The notes beneath the pieces are model-generated. The model did no database searches, was not told the DNA's origin, and worked only from the letters and a program-made list of their open reading frames with translations. This document shows, piece after piece, positions 9,430 to 19,487 of a DNA stretch of 64,000 nucleotides. The stretch's first letter is position 1, and each line of letters opens with the position of its first letter. The stretch is from Bdellovibrionales bacterium (GTDB lineage Bacteria > Bdellovibrionota > UBA1018 > CAIMNF01), in NCBI GenBank assembly GCA_040380025.1, contig JBEIJY010000009.1:26034-90033 (forward strand), written 5' to 3'. The translations under genes and the position numbers were made by a program.

Positions 9430-9914
9430 CAGGAATTCCCCCGTTTCACCTTGAGCGAGAGCGTCAGCAAGAATTCCGCCACCGGCTCGGTCCCGAACTT
9501 CGAAGGAACGGTCGCCGTCACCGGCACCGGAACCTCCACGCGCTCGCCGGTCTCTTCGGCCTTTTGAACTGCGGCCGCGATCTCGCGTCCGACCGTGCAG
9601 GTAAAAAAGGTCTCGCCCTCGGCGCGCTTCAAGAATTTCGCCGTGAAATCCTTGAAGATCAGGGAGCTGTTTTTTGTTTTCCGCTCGCGAAAAAGCTTGG
9701 CCGCGATGAGGCCCCCGGCCGCATCCGCCCCGATGCAAAGTGCACCGAAGTACATGGACCCGAGGTGGTTCCGGTTTTTTCGGCGAAACGGGATCGAAAC
9801 GACACAGGATTCGTCGGTGAGAGAGACCACCTTCGGGCCCGCAGCGAACAAGAGGGGAATTTTGGCAATCGAAAACGCCCTGAGAAACAGGGTCTCTTTG
9901 AGAGAAAATGACAT
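9429..9914 (-). CDS. DUF4442 / PaaI-like hotdog thioesterase
   Basis: RNHLGSMYFGAL, FKDFTAKFLKRAEG. Confidence 0.8.
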   Translation of the reverse strand: MSFSLKETLFLRAFSIAKIPLLFAAGPKVVSLTDESCVVSIPFRRKNRNHLGSMYFGALCIGADAAGGLIAAKLFRERKTKNSSLIFKDFTAKFLKRAEGETFFTCTVGREIAAAVQKAEETGERVEVPVPVTATVPSKFGTEPVAEFLLTLSLKVKRGNS

Positions 9915-9976
9915 GCAAAAAACCATAGCGGAAGGAAACCTTCCGCGCCATGCCTTAGTTCATCCTGGGTTCGACC

Positions 9977-10774
9977 TCAGTTCAAGCGGCAATCCGGAAG
10001 AGCGCCTTTCGCGCGCAAGGCTTCGTACGCCGGAAGATGTTCCGGAATGTGAGCATTCAGATTCGAGATGCGCGTGGTGCCCGACGGGTGGGTCGACATC
10101 CATTCCGGCGGTCCCTTCCCGCCGGAAGCCGCCATCATGTTGTTCCAGAGATCGACACTCTGGCGCGGATCGAATCCGGCCTTGGACATCAGATCCAGCC
10201 CGATCAGATCGGCCTCGCTCTCTTGGGTGCGGCTGAAGGGCAGAAGCGCCCCGAACTGAACCCCCACGCCGAGAGCCCCGAGAATCATCCGCTTGTTGTT
10301 CTCTTCCATTTTGCCCAAGGCAAGCTGGGTCGACCCCAAGACCAGCGCCGCAAGCTGACCCTGCGAGACCCGCTCATTGCCGTGACGGGCGATCACATGC
10401 CCCACCTCGTGCCCCAGAACGGCCGCAAGCTGATCGGGGGTTTTTGCAACCGGAAGAATCCCGGTATGCACCCCGATTTTTCCGCCAGGGAGTGCGAACG
10501 CGTTGGCAGAGGGCTCCCGGAACACCACGACTTCCCACGAAGGAACTTCGAACTTCCCCTTCACGGCATCGGTGATGGGACGGGTGATGCACTGAACGTA
10601 GGCGTTGATCTTCGGGTCGCGTTCAATCGGAACTTTCTGCTTCATCTCCTCGAACGACTGTGCGCCCAAGGAGTTCATCTGGGAGTCGCCCAGCATGACA
10701 ATTTGCCTCCGTCCAAGAGGTGAGGTCGCACACGCCACCAAAACCAGGGCAATCAAAAGCGAAAGGGATCTCAT
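9977..10774 (-). CDS. M48 family metallopeptidase, lipoprotein
   Basis: Lipobox LVAC; NAFALPGG, HEVGH, FSRTQESEAD, STHPS. Confidence 0.92.
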   Translation of the reverse strand: MRSLSLLIALVLVACATSPLGRRQIVMLGDSQMNSLGAQSFEEMKQKVPIERDPKINAYVQCITRPITDAVKGKFEVPSWEVVVFREPSANAFALPGGKIGVHTGILPVAKTPDQLAAVLGHEVGHVIARHGNERVSQGQLAALVLGSTQLALGKMEENNKRMILGALGVGVQFGALLPFSRTQESEADLIGLDLMSKAGFDPRQSVDLWNNMMAASGGKGPPEWMSTHPSGTTRISNLNAHIPEHLPAYEALRAKGALPDCRLN

Positions 10775-11862
10775 CGTCTGACCTCCTCATGAAACATCAT
10801 TCGAAGCCTGCGGATGCGGTCATCGGTCCGGACCGGATGAACGCGGTTGGTAAGCAAAATCGCATAATCCCCGGAGTCGAGATCCATCCAAAGGGAGGTT
10901 CCGGTGAATCCCAAGTGACCGATGGAACTTCGTGAGAACGCGAATCCTGTCGACCCTGTTCCGTCACGCGCCGGCGCATCGAACCCGCGGGCGCGGACGA
11001 CTCCGCTCGAATCCGCAATCGTTTGCGAGAACAGACCCAGGGTTCTCATCGAAACCCACTCTTCCCGGAACAGCGCCTCCATCCAAGCCTGCACGTCGCG
11101 AAGCCTTCCGAATAGCCCTGCGTGCCCGGCCACACCTCCGCGCGACCAGGCATTGTCGTCATGGACTTCTCCCTGAAGAAATCCCCTCCAAGGGCAAACC
11201 TCGGTCGCAAGGACCTCTTCGGACGAATCGCGCCTTTCGGCCCCGACGGGCCGATACTGAAGCCTGAGCCCCGGAACTTCCGAAAACAGCGAATTCGCAT
11301 CCGAAAGAAGATCCTTCGAGAGAATTCGTTCGAGCAGAAGGAATCCGAGATCGGAATAAATCACTTTCTCGCCGGGGGCACATTCCGGCACGACCACATC
11401 GACCAGCGAATCGAAGTGGGCCCGGCGTACCGACGGAGGCACCAAGCGGAGGGCATCGCCGAAGCGATCGCGCATGGCCTGATAGAACGGCCTCCAAGCC
11501 GGAAGCCCCGAAGTATGAGTCAGGAGGCCGGCAAGAGAGATGGTGGCCGCTTTCGGGTTCTCGCGCACATATCCGGGCAACAGACGTGAAAGGCGGTCCT
11601 CCAAAAGAACCTCTCCCCGCTCCACCCGCACCATGGCAAGAAGCGTGGTCGAGAGAATCTTCGTCAGCGAGGCGAGATCAAAGAACGAATCGGGACCCGT
11701 GGGAGACGCACCGGACTCATGCGAATGAAAGCCAAGGTAAATTTCGCGCGGAGAGACACCGTCTCGGATCTCGTCGATTCTGCCGTACGAGGCCGCCATT
11801 CCCGATCCGATTCGTTGATCGAGCGCGGACTGCAAAAGACGCCTGATCCGGAGGTCTTTCAT
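10771..11862 (-). CDS. serine hydrolase, beta-lactamase/PBP-like family
   Basis: DLASLTK (SxxK), LLTHTSGL, YSDLG, GEVHDDNA..GGVAGHAGLF, GHLGFTGTS, LLTNRVHP. Confidence 0.88.
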   Translation of the reverse strand: MKDLRIRRLLQSALDQRIGSGMAASYGRIDEIRDGVSPREIYLGFHSHESGASPTGPDSFFDLASLTKILSTTLLAMVRVERGEVLLEDRLSRLLPGYVRENPKAATISLAGLLTHTSGLPAWRPFYQAMRDRFGDALRLVPPSVRRAHFDSLVDVVVPECAPGEKVIYSDLGFLLLERILSKDLLSDANSLFSEVPGLRLQYRPVGAERRDSSEEVLATEVCPWRGFLQGEVHDDNAWSRGGVAGHAGLFGRLRDVQAWMEALFREEWVSMRTLGLFSQTIADSSGVVRARGFDAPARDGTGSTGFAFSRSSIGHLGFTGTSLWMDLDSGDYAILLTNRVHPVRTDDRIRRLRMMFHEEVRR

Positions 11863-13116
11863 CTAGATGACCCAGGTCTCGCTTGCGATGGCACGCCCCG
11901 AGCGGAAGCGTTCTCCCGAAAGTTCGGTGAGGTCGAGGGTCTCATAGCGATTCTTCACGATCCGCTCGGCCAAGGCGATGCCAACCGCATAGCTCTGCAT
12001 GGCACCATGTCCCGAAAAAGAATGGGCCTCGAAAACAGAGTCGGAGCCGGGAACCGCGGCACCGATGATGGCGTGATGATCGGGCGAGTTTTCATAAAGT
12101 CCGGCCCATCCGCTCACATGACGGAGGCTCTCGAAAGCCGTCGATCGCTCGTAGAGCGCGGGCCAGATGTGCTCCTCGAAGAACGCATCGGCATCGTAAT
12201 GAAAATTGAAGCCCTCTTTTTCATTCCGGTTCGCAAATCCCGAAAGCCCGTAGATCGACTCGGGGTGGAAGTACACTCCACTCGGATCGATGATCATGCC
12301 ATAGGGAGTAAGATCCAGATCCCGCGCATGAAAGAGCGAAATCTGCCGCCGCATCGGCGCCGAGGGGCACTCGTAGCCGAGGATTCCGGCAAGCTTCGGA
12401 GCCCAGGCCCCGGCCGCATTCACCACCTTTTCGCACTCGATCTCGATCCACTCTCCGGGAATTCCCGAAAAAGCCTCGGACGAGGCCGGATTTTCTTGCA
12501 GAATCCTTCGTTTTTCTTCGCTCTTCAAAAGCTCCGAGAACCGAAAGGCGCGGATCTTCCATTTGCCGCCTGCACCGCCGTTCGAGCCGGTCACGAACAC
12601 GCCATCCAGAAACCTCGCTCCGCGCGCCGACGCTTCTTCGCGAAAGTGTTCCTTCAGACGATTCGGATTCACGAGGCCGTCCTTCACGCCAAAGAGCGCA
12701 CCGGCAAGGTCATCGACCTTGTCGATCACGGGAAAGCGCTCGCGAATTCCCTTCTGATCGAACACATCGACCTGCCAGCCATGCGAGACATGCATCTCGC
12801 GCGCCTTCAGGGCCGTCTCGAAGGTCCCGGGCCGGTGGAGCCAGAGATAGCCGCAATCGCGATACCCCACCGCTTCGGCCACGGTCTGAAAGTATTCGAT
12901 CGAGAACTTGGATGCGAGGAGGTTCACTTTTTGCGACCAGGTCGCGCGGACCCCGCCGGCGTTCAGCTCACTGCTGCTCCATTCGCCCGAGAGATCAAGA
13001 TCGACGGTCGTGACAGCGGACACACCGAGGCGCGAAAGCCCCATTGCGATCGCACTTCCGATCAGGCCGCCACCGATCACCAAAATGTCTGTTTTTTGCG
13101 CTTTCAAATCCGGCAT
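11863..13116 (-). CDS. FAD-dependent oxidoreductase (DAO/sarcosine oxidase beta family)
   Basis: GGGLIG, NAGGVR, VVNAAGAWA, WAGLYENSPDHHAIIG, FSGHG. Confidence 0.88.
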   Translation of the reverse strand: MPDLKAQKTDILVIGGGLIGSAIAMGLSRLGVSAVTTVDLDLSGEWSSSELNAGGVRATWSQKVNLLASKFSIEYFQTVAEAVGYRDCGYLWLHRPGTFETALKAREMHVSHGWQVDVFDQKGIRERFPVIDKVDDLAGALFGVKDGLVNPNRLKEHFREEASARGARFLDGVFVTGSNGGAGGKWKIRAFRFSELLKSEEKRRILQENPASSEAFSGIPGEWIEIECEKVVNAAGAWAPKLAGILGYECPSAPMRRQISLFHARDLDLTPYGMIIDPSGVYFHPESIYGLSGFANRNEKEGFNFHYDADAFFEEHIWPALYERSTAFESLRHVSGWAGLYENSPDHHAIIGAAVPGSDSVFEAHSFSGHGAMQSYAVGIALAERIVKNRYETLDLTELSGERFRSGRAIASETWVI

Positions 13117-13122
13117 GGGTCA

Positions 13123-14055
13123 TCACCACATCATTTCTGTGAAGGTTTCTGAGATGATCCTGGGCTCGCCGTTCTCTTCGGCGATGTACAAGATCTTTGT
13201 CCCCCGCGACACAAGCCCCTTTTGTCCGTTCCGAAGCGTCGATTCGTAATCCTGGGTGAACATCATCATCGTGTACTTCGGATGGCGGAAGAAGTACGGG
13301 TCGCTCGCGTTCACGCGGATATTCGAGTATTTTTTGGTCAGAATCGCCTTGTAGTCCTTCCACGACACCCGATCGAAGAGGCGCCCCTTGATGGGCGAGG
13401 CGAAGTCGGTGTGATAATGCCTCATGTACCGCTCGACATCACGGCTCTCCCAGTCGCGGATCCACGATTCGAAAAACCGGTGGAGCTTTTCGTCCCTTCC
13501 GCCCTTCTGGTAATCGGGCGTGAGCGCATCGAAAATCAGCACCGGTGTCAGGCCGACCTGAATGAAGTTCTGGACTTCGGTCAATTCCTCATTCCGGAGA
13601 ACCACGCACCCTTCGCTGTCGAAATCCTTCTTCAGCCGGTCCGGTTCATTCGTGCCATGAAGCATGATGTTGTTGCCGGTGCTGTCGGCGATCCGGTCAT
13701 AGTGATTGGGATAATTGATGTAAAACGCCATCGCGCCGAACTTGGCCTTCAGCTTCGGCGGAAGAATCTTGGAAGTGAACTGGTAGACCCCTTCGGGCGT
13801 TTTGAGATCGCCCTCGGTTTCTTTGTCGCCTTTCACCTTGCCGGTGGTGGTGTGATAGGTTTTCAGGATTTTGAAGGAGTCATCAGACTCATAGTGGGCC
13901 ACATGCAGAAGATTGGTTTTTTTGTCGACCAGAATGAGCGTGTGCAAGTGCCCGGAATGGGACGAGCGCACGACCGCGTGAACGGAATGCGAAGGCAGAA
14001 AGGCTCCAAGCAGTGCGGCCACAAGGACCGCAGACCGGAAAATCACGGTGTGCAT
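13123..14055 (-). CDS. L,D-transpeptidase/L,D-carboxypeptidase with C-terminal NTF2-like domain (Csd6-like)
   Basis: Signal peptide; GDK..EGDLKTPEGVY, NYPN, MLHG...SEGCV catalytic motif; C-terminal W..DWE..D..RY...Y..DF...QDYES...K.LY...IISE. Confidence 0.85.
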   Translation of the reverse strand: MHTVIFRSAVLVAALLGAFLPSHSVHAVVRSSHSGHLHTLILVDKKTNLLHVAHYESDDSFKILKTYHTTTGKVKGDKETEGDLKTPEGVYQFTSKILPPKLKAKFGAMAFYINYPNHYDRIADSTGNNIMLHGTNEPDRLKKDFDSEGCVVLRNEELTEVQNFIQVGLTPVLIFDALTPDYQKGGRDEKLHRFFESWIRDWESRDVERYMRHYHTDFASPIKGRLFDRVSWKDYKAILTKKYSNIRVNASDPYFFRHPKYTMMMFTQDYESTLRNGQKGLVSRGTKILYIAEENGEPRIISETFTEMMW

Positions 14056-14082
14056 CTCGTCGGGCAGTTTAACCGGTTTTGA

Positions 14083-14799
14083 TCAGGTTTTAAAGCGGAG
14101 TTTCGGAACGAGCGCAAGCGCCTCGAACACAATCCTGGAGCTCATCTTGGACTTTCCGACGCGACGGTCCTCGAACACGATCGGGAACTCCACATAACGG
14201 AACCCTTTGCGAAAGGCGCGGTACTTCAGCTCGATCTGAAACGAATACCCTCCGGCCTCGAGGGTCGCGAGATTGATACCCTCAAGCACCTTCCGATTCC
14301 ACCCGTTGAACCCGCCGGTGAAGTCACGAATGGTCGCTCCGAGCACCATCCGGGCATACAAACTGCCTCCCCGGCTGATGATCTTGCGAAGCAAGCCCCA
14401 GTTCACGGTGCCCCCGCCTTGAACATAGCGGGACCCGATCACATAATCATGCTTTTGAAGAAGAGCGAGCATGGTCGGAAGAAACACGGGATTGTGCGAA
14501 AAGTCTGCGTCCATCTCGATCAGCTGATCGAAGCCCTGCTCGAAGCCCCAACGAAAACCCGCGATGTATGCAGGCCCGAGACCCTCTTTTTTGGTTCGGT
14601 GCAGGACATGAATCCGAGGCTCTTTCGCAGAAAGCTCGTCGGCTTTTTTTCCGGTTCCATCGGGCGAGCCGTCATCGACGATCAGAACATGAACCGACGG
14701 AGGAGTTCGCTCCATCACCGCACGGGCGATGGGCTCGAGGTTTTCGATTTCATTGTAGGTCGGAATGATGACCAGCGCTCTGGTCCCTGAGCTTTCCAT
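14083..14799 (-). CDS. polyprenol monophosphomannose synthase (GT2)
   Basis: IIPTYNE, VDDGSPDGT, GLGPAY, EMDADFSH, GYSFQIE. Confidence 0.9.
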   Translation of the reverse strand: MESSGTRALVIIPTYNEIENLEPIARAVMERTPPSVHVLIVDDGSPDGTGKKADELSAKEPRIHVLHRTKKEGLGPAYIAGFRWGFEQGFDQLIEMDADFSHNPVFLPTMLALLQKHDYVIGSRYVQGGGTVNWGLLRKIISRGGSLYARMVLGATIRDFTGGFNGWNRKVLEGINLATLEAGGYSFQIELKYRAFRKGFRYVEFPIVFEDRRVGKSKMSSRIVFEALALVPKLRFKT

Positions 14800-15306
14800 T
14801 TAAAACGGAACGTCTTCTTCGGTGAAGGTCGGCTCAGACTGAAACGATGCTCCGGCCGAATAATTCGGTGCGGAATACCCACCGCCTGCACCGCCGGAAT
14901 TCCCGTAGTTGTTGGAATTCCCGTAGGAGGAGCCCGCGTTTCCGTAGTTCCCCGCACCTTGATCGGCCGAGCGTCCTGCTGCGCCACCCAGGAACTGAAC
15001 GGTTTGCGCCACGACTTCGGTTGTGTAGCGGGTTTGATTGTCTTTGTCCTGCCAAGAACGGGTCTGGAGCTTGCCTTCGATGTACGCCTGACGGCCTTTT
15101 TGAAGGTATTGGCCGCAGATCTCAGCAAGGCGACCGAACACGACAACACGATGCCATTCGGTCTTTTCTTGCTTCTGACCGTTTTTGTCGGTCCAAGATT
15201 CGTTGGTGGCGATGCTCAGATTGCAGATGGCCTGCCCTGAAGCGGAATGCTTTACTTCTGGATTCTGCCCCAGATTCCCGATCAGAATCACTTTATTCAC
15301 TGACAT
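14800..15306 (-). CDS. ssb: single-stranded DNA-binding protein
   Basis: [27 protein letters not shown], acidic tail EEDVPF. Confidence 0.97.
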   Translation of the reverse strand: MSVNKVILIGNLGQNPEVKHSASGQAICNLSIATNESWTDKNGQKQEKTEWHRVVVFGRLAEICGQYLQKGRQAYIEGKLQTRSWQDKDNQTRYTTEVVAQTVQFLGGAAGRSADQGAGNYGNAGSSYGNSNNYGNSGGAGGGYSAPNYSAGASFQSEPTFTEEDVPF

Positions 15307-15338
15307 GCCTCTGACTTACGCCGGATCATTCCCGCAAG

Positions 15339-15776
15339 TCAAGGGATCTTCGGACGCACTCCGGAACGCTTGGGCTTTTCGGGGAAAGGAATGCCTTTTT
15401 CTTCGAATTTTTTTCGCCAGGCCTCTTCGACCTGCCGTACTGCTTTCTTGCGGTCTGAAAGGTAGAGAATCGGATCAAATCCGCAATCCGGGCACGCCAC
15501 CGACCCGCGCATCTTGAGCCGGTACGCGACCTCCATGACCAGCCCGACCGGAACCAGGAAGGCCAGCACCCCTTTGAAGCCCATCCACGGCCAGAACATG
15601 GCCGAGAAAAAAGCAGTTGTGATCGCGATCTGCGAAAAGAACTTGAGAGAGCCGGCTTTCGCCGGAGGCGACTGCCATCGCTCGCGCTTGCAACCCACGC
15701 AATAAAATCGGAACGGCTCGCCCCGCGAGGCACGGAACAACCACTCCATCCTGGAACTCCGGTTTTCAGGCACCAT
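15339..15776 (-). CDS. hypothetical membrane protein with two CxxC motifs
   Basis: FYCVGC, two TM segments, ACPDCGFDP. Confidence 0.7.
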   Translation of the reverse strand: MVPENRSSRMEWLFRASRGEPFRFYCVGCKRERWQSPPAKAGSLKFFSQIAITTAFFSAMFWPWMGFKGVLAFLVPVGLVMEVAYRLKMRGSVACPDCGFDPILYLSDRKKAVRQVEEAWRKKFEEKGIPFPEKPKRSGVRPKIP

Positions 15777-15824
15777 TGAAACTCCTTTTCAACTCCGCCA
15801 CAAGAAGAGTATACCAAGAGTTCG

Positions 15825-17024
15825 ATGAAAAACGATGCGAAAACCTTCTCACTTGCGGTGGCCCCCGTTTTCCCTGCGCACTGGACGGGCGTGCTCGACG
15901 AGGCCATTCCGTCCCTGGTGAAGGAACGGTTTTCGCCCTCCGAGTCTTGGAAGAGCAAGCCTTTCTCGAAAGAAGACGTGCTGTTCTTCTCGAAGGGACT
16001 CATGGAACTTTCGGGGTTTTTCACGACCGAGCGCGAAGGCGAGACTCTTCCGAACTACTTCACCACCGCCAAATTCCGGTCGAGTTATTTTTTGTACTTC
16101 TTCGGCCTTCAGGGCGCCAAGTTCCTGACCCTCTTCGACCGCCACCCGAGGGCGATCGAGGCCGCGCTCGATCACGCGAAAAAAACCAAGGTATTCCGGG
16201 TGATCGATGTCGGCTCGGGCCCGGGAACGGCATCCCTCGCCCTTCTTTGTTTTTTGCTCGAGCGGTTCGAAAAAAAGAAAACAAAACTCCCCTTCCGGAT
16301 CGAGCTCGTCTGGATCGATCACAACGATTCGATCATGAAGGACGGAGCGGGACTGCTCGCGAAGATCATCGCCCGCTTTCCCGACCTCGAGGGCGACATC
16401 CAGCTCAAAACCGAGGCACGCGCCTGGTGGAAGCACCCGAAAGGGTTTGATTTCGATGCCTCGCTTGTTCTCTTCGGGAACGTATTAAACGAGTGCCCGG
16501 ACGATCCCCGGATTTTTCTGCAGGGCCTGGCCCCCTTCCTGCGCGACCCGAAGGGCGGCGGCGTGCTCCTGGTCGAGCCCGCCTTCCGCGAGGCAAGCCA
16601 GCGCCTGAGCCGGATCCGGGATGAGGTCGCGCTCCGCGAATCGCCGCTTCCGGTCTGGGGGCCTTGCCTGCACTCCGGAAAGTGCCCGCTCGCCCAAGGA
16701 AAAAACTGGTGCCACTTTTCGGTTCCCGCCGAGCTCCCGGGAAGCTTCTTCCGGAAGTTCTCGATCAAGCTGGGAGGGGTCCGCGAGTGGTTGAAGTTCT
16801 CGTTCCTTTGGATCGCAAGCCGCGACTCCGAAAAACCCGCGCGCCCCCCGAAAGGCCTCGTGCGCGTGGTGAGCGATCCGATCCGGACCGCGCGCGGCCT
16901 CCAGAATCTGATCTGCCGGCCCGAGCGCTTCACCTACGAAAACGCCAAGAAAAAACCAGTCTTCCGCGGAGATGTCATTCATGATTCCCTACTACAACCG
17001 GGTCACCCGAAAAGTCGAAACTGA
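15825..17024 (+). CDS. Rsm22/METTL17-like SAM methyltransferase
   Basis: IDVGSGPGTA, NVLNE, LLVEPA, GPCLHSGKCP...WCHF, KFSFL, RVVS.P. Confidence 0.8.
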   Translation: MKNDAKTFSLAVAPVFPAHWTGVLDEAIPSLVKERFSPSESWKSKPFSKEDVLFFSKGLMELSGFFTTEREGETLPNYFTTAKFRSSYFLYFFGLQGAKFLTLFDRHPRAIEAALDHAKKTKVFRVIDVGSGPGTASLALLCFLLERFEKKKTKLPFRIELVWIDHNDSIMKDGAGLLAKIIARFPDLEGDIQLKTEARAWWKHPKGFDFDASLVLFGNVLNECPDDPRIFLQGLAPFLRDPKGGGVLLVEPAFREASQRLSRIRDEVALRESPLPVWGPCLHSGKCPLAQGKNWCHFSVPAELPGSFFRKFSIKLGGVREWLKFSFLWIASRDSEKPARPPKGLVRVVSDPIRTARGLQNLICRPERFTYENAKKKPVFRGDVIHDSLLQPGHPKSRN

Positions 17025-17904
17025 GAAAGTCTATGGCGGCGCCTGGCTCGATTGGGCCTACCGGAACCGCGTCGGCTTTTTTTTGACGGACCGAATTTTC
17101 TCGAAGCGATGGGTCAGCCGCCTTTTCGGCGCCTTCGAGGACTCCACCCTGAGCCGCGCGAAGATCGCGGACTTCATCGAGAAATACGGAATCGGAATGG
17201 AGGAATTCGAAGAGGCATCGTACTCTTGCTTCAATGATTTCTTCATCCGGCGTTTCAAGCCGGGGAAACGCCCCTTTCCGGCGGACTCCGGAACCTTCGC
17301 GGCCGGCGCCGAAGCGCGGTATCTGGCTTTCTCCTGCCTGGGCTCGGAGCAGAAATTCAAAGTGAAAGGGATCGACATCGATCTTGCCGAGCTCCTCCGG
17401 GATCCTGATCTGGCCGAGCGCTTCGCGGGGGGATCGGTCCTGATCGCCCGTCTTTGTCCGGTCGATTACCACCGGTTTCATTTTCCGTTCACAGGAAGAC
17501 TCTTGCGTCATTTTCGTGTCGCCGGTCGCTATCACTCGGTGAACCCCGTGGCTCTCGAGGCCGCTCCTCGGGTTTTTCTCGAAAACGAGCGTCAAATCGC
17601 TGTCCTCGAGCATCCGCAGGGTGGAATGACCGCCATGATCGAGGTGGGAGCGCTCGGAGTCGGGAAAATCGTGCAAACCGCCTACGATACCGGAACCTCC
17701 CTACCGCTTGCATTTGAAATGGGCGCCGAAAAAGGTTATTTTTTATTTGGGGGGTCTACCGTGATCTGGATTCTGGAGCGCGGAAAATTCGAGCTGTGCG
17801 AAGACCTCCTCGAAAACAGCGCGCGGGGGATGGAAACATGGGTTCCGCTCGGGCAAAAGCTGGGGAGGATCAAAGGGAGTGAGCAACGGACAGACCCTCA
17901 TTGA
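16972..17904 (+). CDS. psd: phosphatidylserine decarboxylase proenzyme
   Basis: FNDFFIR, RLCPVDYHRFHFP, SVNP, ENER, EVGA..VG, KGYFLFGGST cleavage motif. Confidence 0.93.
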   Translation: MSFMIPYYNRVTRKVETEKVYGGAWLDWAYRNRVGFFLTDRIFSKRWVSRLFGAFEDSTLSRAKIADFIEKYGIGMEEFEEASYSCFNDFFIRRFKPGKRPFPADSGTFAAGAEARYLAFSCLGSEQKFKVKGIDIDLAELLRDPDLAERFAGGSVLIARLCPVDYHRFHFPFTGRLLRHFRVAGRYHSVNPVALEAAPRVFLENERQIAVLEHPQGGMTAMIEVGALGVGKIVQTAYDTGTSLPLAFEMGAEKGYFLFGGSTVIWILERGKFELCEDLLENSARGMETWVPLGQKLGRIKGSEQRTDPH

Positions 17905-18898
17905 TGACTTGTTCAAGCAGGTCATCGGTCCGTTCTCGGCGACCGGCCTCACTTCCCTTCTTTTCGAGCCCGACAACGTCGAAGACCGTGTCACCAATCT
18001 GGTCCGCATCTTCGGACTTCATCCTCATCTGGTCCAGCCCTTTCAGGCGCTCATCAAATCGCTGAATCCGCAAGAAGGCGAAACTCCGCTCGAGGAGCAC
18101 ATCCGCTTTTACACCACTCGCGCAACGCAGTTGTGGCTTCTGGTGAACCTCATGAATCAGGTCTTGAAGGTGAAGGAACTTCAGCTCGATGCCGCCACCG
18201 GGAAGCTCCCGGGCAAGGCCAATGAATTGCTGAAGTTCGCGAACGAGGCGCGAAACGCCTTCGGCGAGGAAAGCCGCTACAAGGACCTCGTGTTCGCGGC
18301 CGGGATATTGTTCGATTTTGTGATGTATCTTCACAAGTCGACCCTGATGAATCTGGGCGGGGCCAAATTCGATGAGCCCATCAACCAGGCGTATCTTCGT
18401 GCGGTCGAGCAGGGCCAACTGGTCCTGAAGCTCTCCCGCTACAAAAAAAAGCTCACCCACGAAAAACTCACTCCGATCACGGCGTTCGCCCGGCAGTTCG
18501 CACAACTGTGCATTTGCCTTCTCCGACCTTCGGAAGGCCCCGAATTCTACAAAAAACTAAGCACGATCAAGCTGACCGAGCAGGTCCGCCTGTCGCTCGA
18601 GACCGGAAAATTCGGGGTTCACACCGGAACCGTCTCGACCTTCGTGGCACAGATGATTCCCGAATTCTCGCCGCTCGATGAGGCCATGTCGATCTGGGGC
18701 GCACCCTATCTGGCCTGGCACGGGGAGTTCCGCGACATCCATGATCTGTGCGGAATGGGAATGCTCGCGGCCGCCCTGAAAGAGCGCGTGACCGGAGGAG
18801 ACTTCAAGGGCGCGGGCAAGGTCGGAGAAACCCTTCCCGAACTCAAGTATCTCGATCTTGCCCTGACACCGGAGGTGAAGAGTGAAGCTAAAATTTGA
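17879..18898 (+). CDS. hypothetical protein (possibly degenerate HDOD-like helical fold)
   Basis: 339-aa ORF with native codon usage, coupled to neighbours. VFAAGILFDF resembles HDOD AFxxGLLHD. Confidence 0.65.
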   Translation: MSNGQTLIDDLFKQVIGPFSATGLTSLLFEPDNVEDRVTNLVRIFGLHPHLVQPFQALIKSLNPQEGETPLEEHIRFYTTRATQLWLLVNLMNQVLKVKELQLDAATGKLPGKANELLKFANEARNAFGEESRYKDLVFAAGILFDFVMYLHKSTLMNLGGAKFDEPINQAYLRAVEQGQLVLKLSRYKKKLTHEKLTPITAFARQFAQLCICLLRPSEGPEFYKKLSTIKLTEQVRLSLETGKFGVHTGTVSTFVAQMIPEFSPLDEAMSIWGAPYLAWHGEFRDIHDLCGMGMLAAALKERVTGGDFKGAGKVGETLPELKYLDLALTPEVKSEAKI

Positions 18899-19487
18899 AC
18901 GCTTCGAGGGAATCGCCTCCTTCACCATCCGGGGACAGGTGGAGCTTTCGGAGTTCCGGATTCTTGCCATCGGTCTTGAGACTCTGGTGAAAACCATCGA
19001 GGAACCTCTGGTGGTGAACGTGAGCCTCGCCACGATCGACCCGCCCTATGTGAAGACCATGATCGAGCTGAAGAAGATCCTGGCGAAAGCCGCGAAGCAA
19101 AAAATCTACTGGATCGGGAGGTTCCGGGGCCTCACCGATTACAATGAGCTCTCGCTTTTGTTCGCGCGCCTCGGGGGATTCCGGCTCCGTCAGGTGGGAG
19201 AGCGCCTTGCGCTCGAGGATTCCATTTTTTCGCTGAGTGCGAAACTCGAAGCAATCAAAGCAGAGCTCGAGAAACTGGGCGGCGACGGTGATCAGGCCTC
19301 GAAAATCGTTCTCGAGAACCAAGTGCTGAAGGAACAGAACCGAAGCCTGAAGCGGACCATCCGATTCATGGGAGAACGCATGAAGGACCAGGCCAAGTCG
19401 AAGCCGAGCGACAACGAATACGCGCAAAAGGTACAGCAAGCGCTCGAAGATCTGAAGACCGCCTATGCGACCGAGGTGAAGCTGTGA
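18882..19487 (+). CDS. hypothetical protein (STAS-like N-terminus + coiled coil)
   Basis: Beta-beta-helix-beta pattern (FTIRGQV...LVVNVS) followed by a heptad-rich C-terminus. Confidence 0.65.
   Translation: MKLKFERFEGIASFTIRGQVELSEFRILAIGLETLVKTIEEPLVVNVSLATIDPPYVKTMIELKKILAKAAKQKIYWIGRFRGLTDYNELSLLFARLGGFRLRQVGERLALEDSIFSLSAKLEAIKAELEKLGGDGDQASKIVLENQVLKEQNRSLKRTIRFMGERMKDQAKSKPSDNEYAQKVQQALEDLKTAYATEVKL

Noticed and set aside
8629..9951. 440-aa version of the methyltransferase
   Set aside because: N-terminal part overlaps the DUF4442 gene in another frame; true start taken as 9429.
11719..14082. 477-aa and 286-aa + strand ORFs
   Set aside because: Shadows of the FAD oxidoreductase and LD-peptidase.
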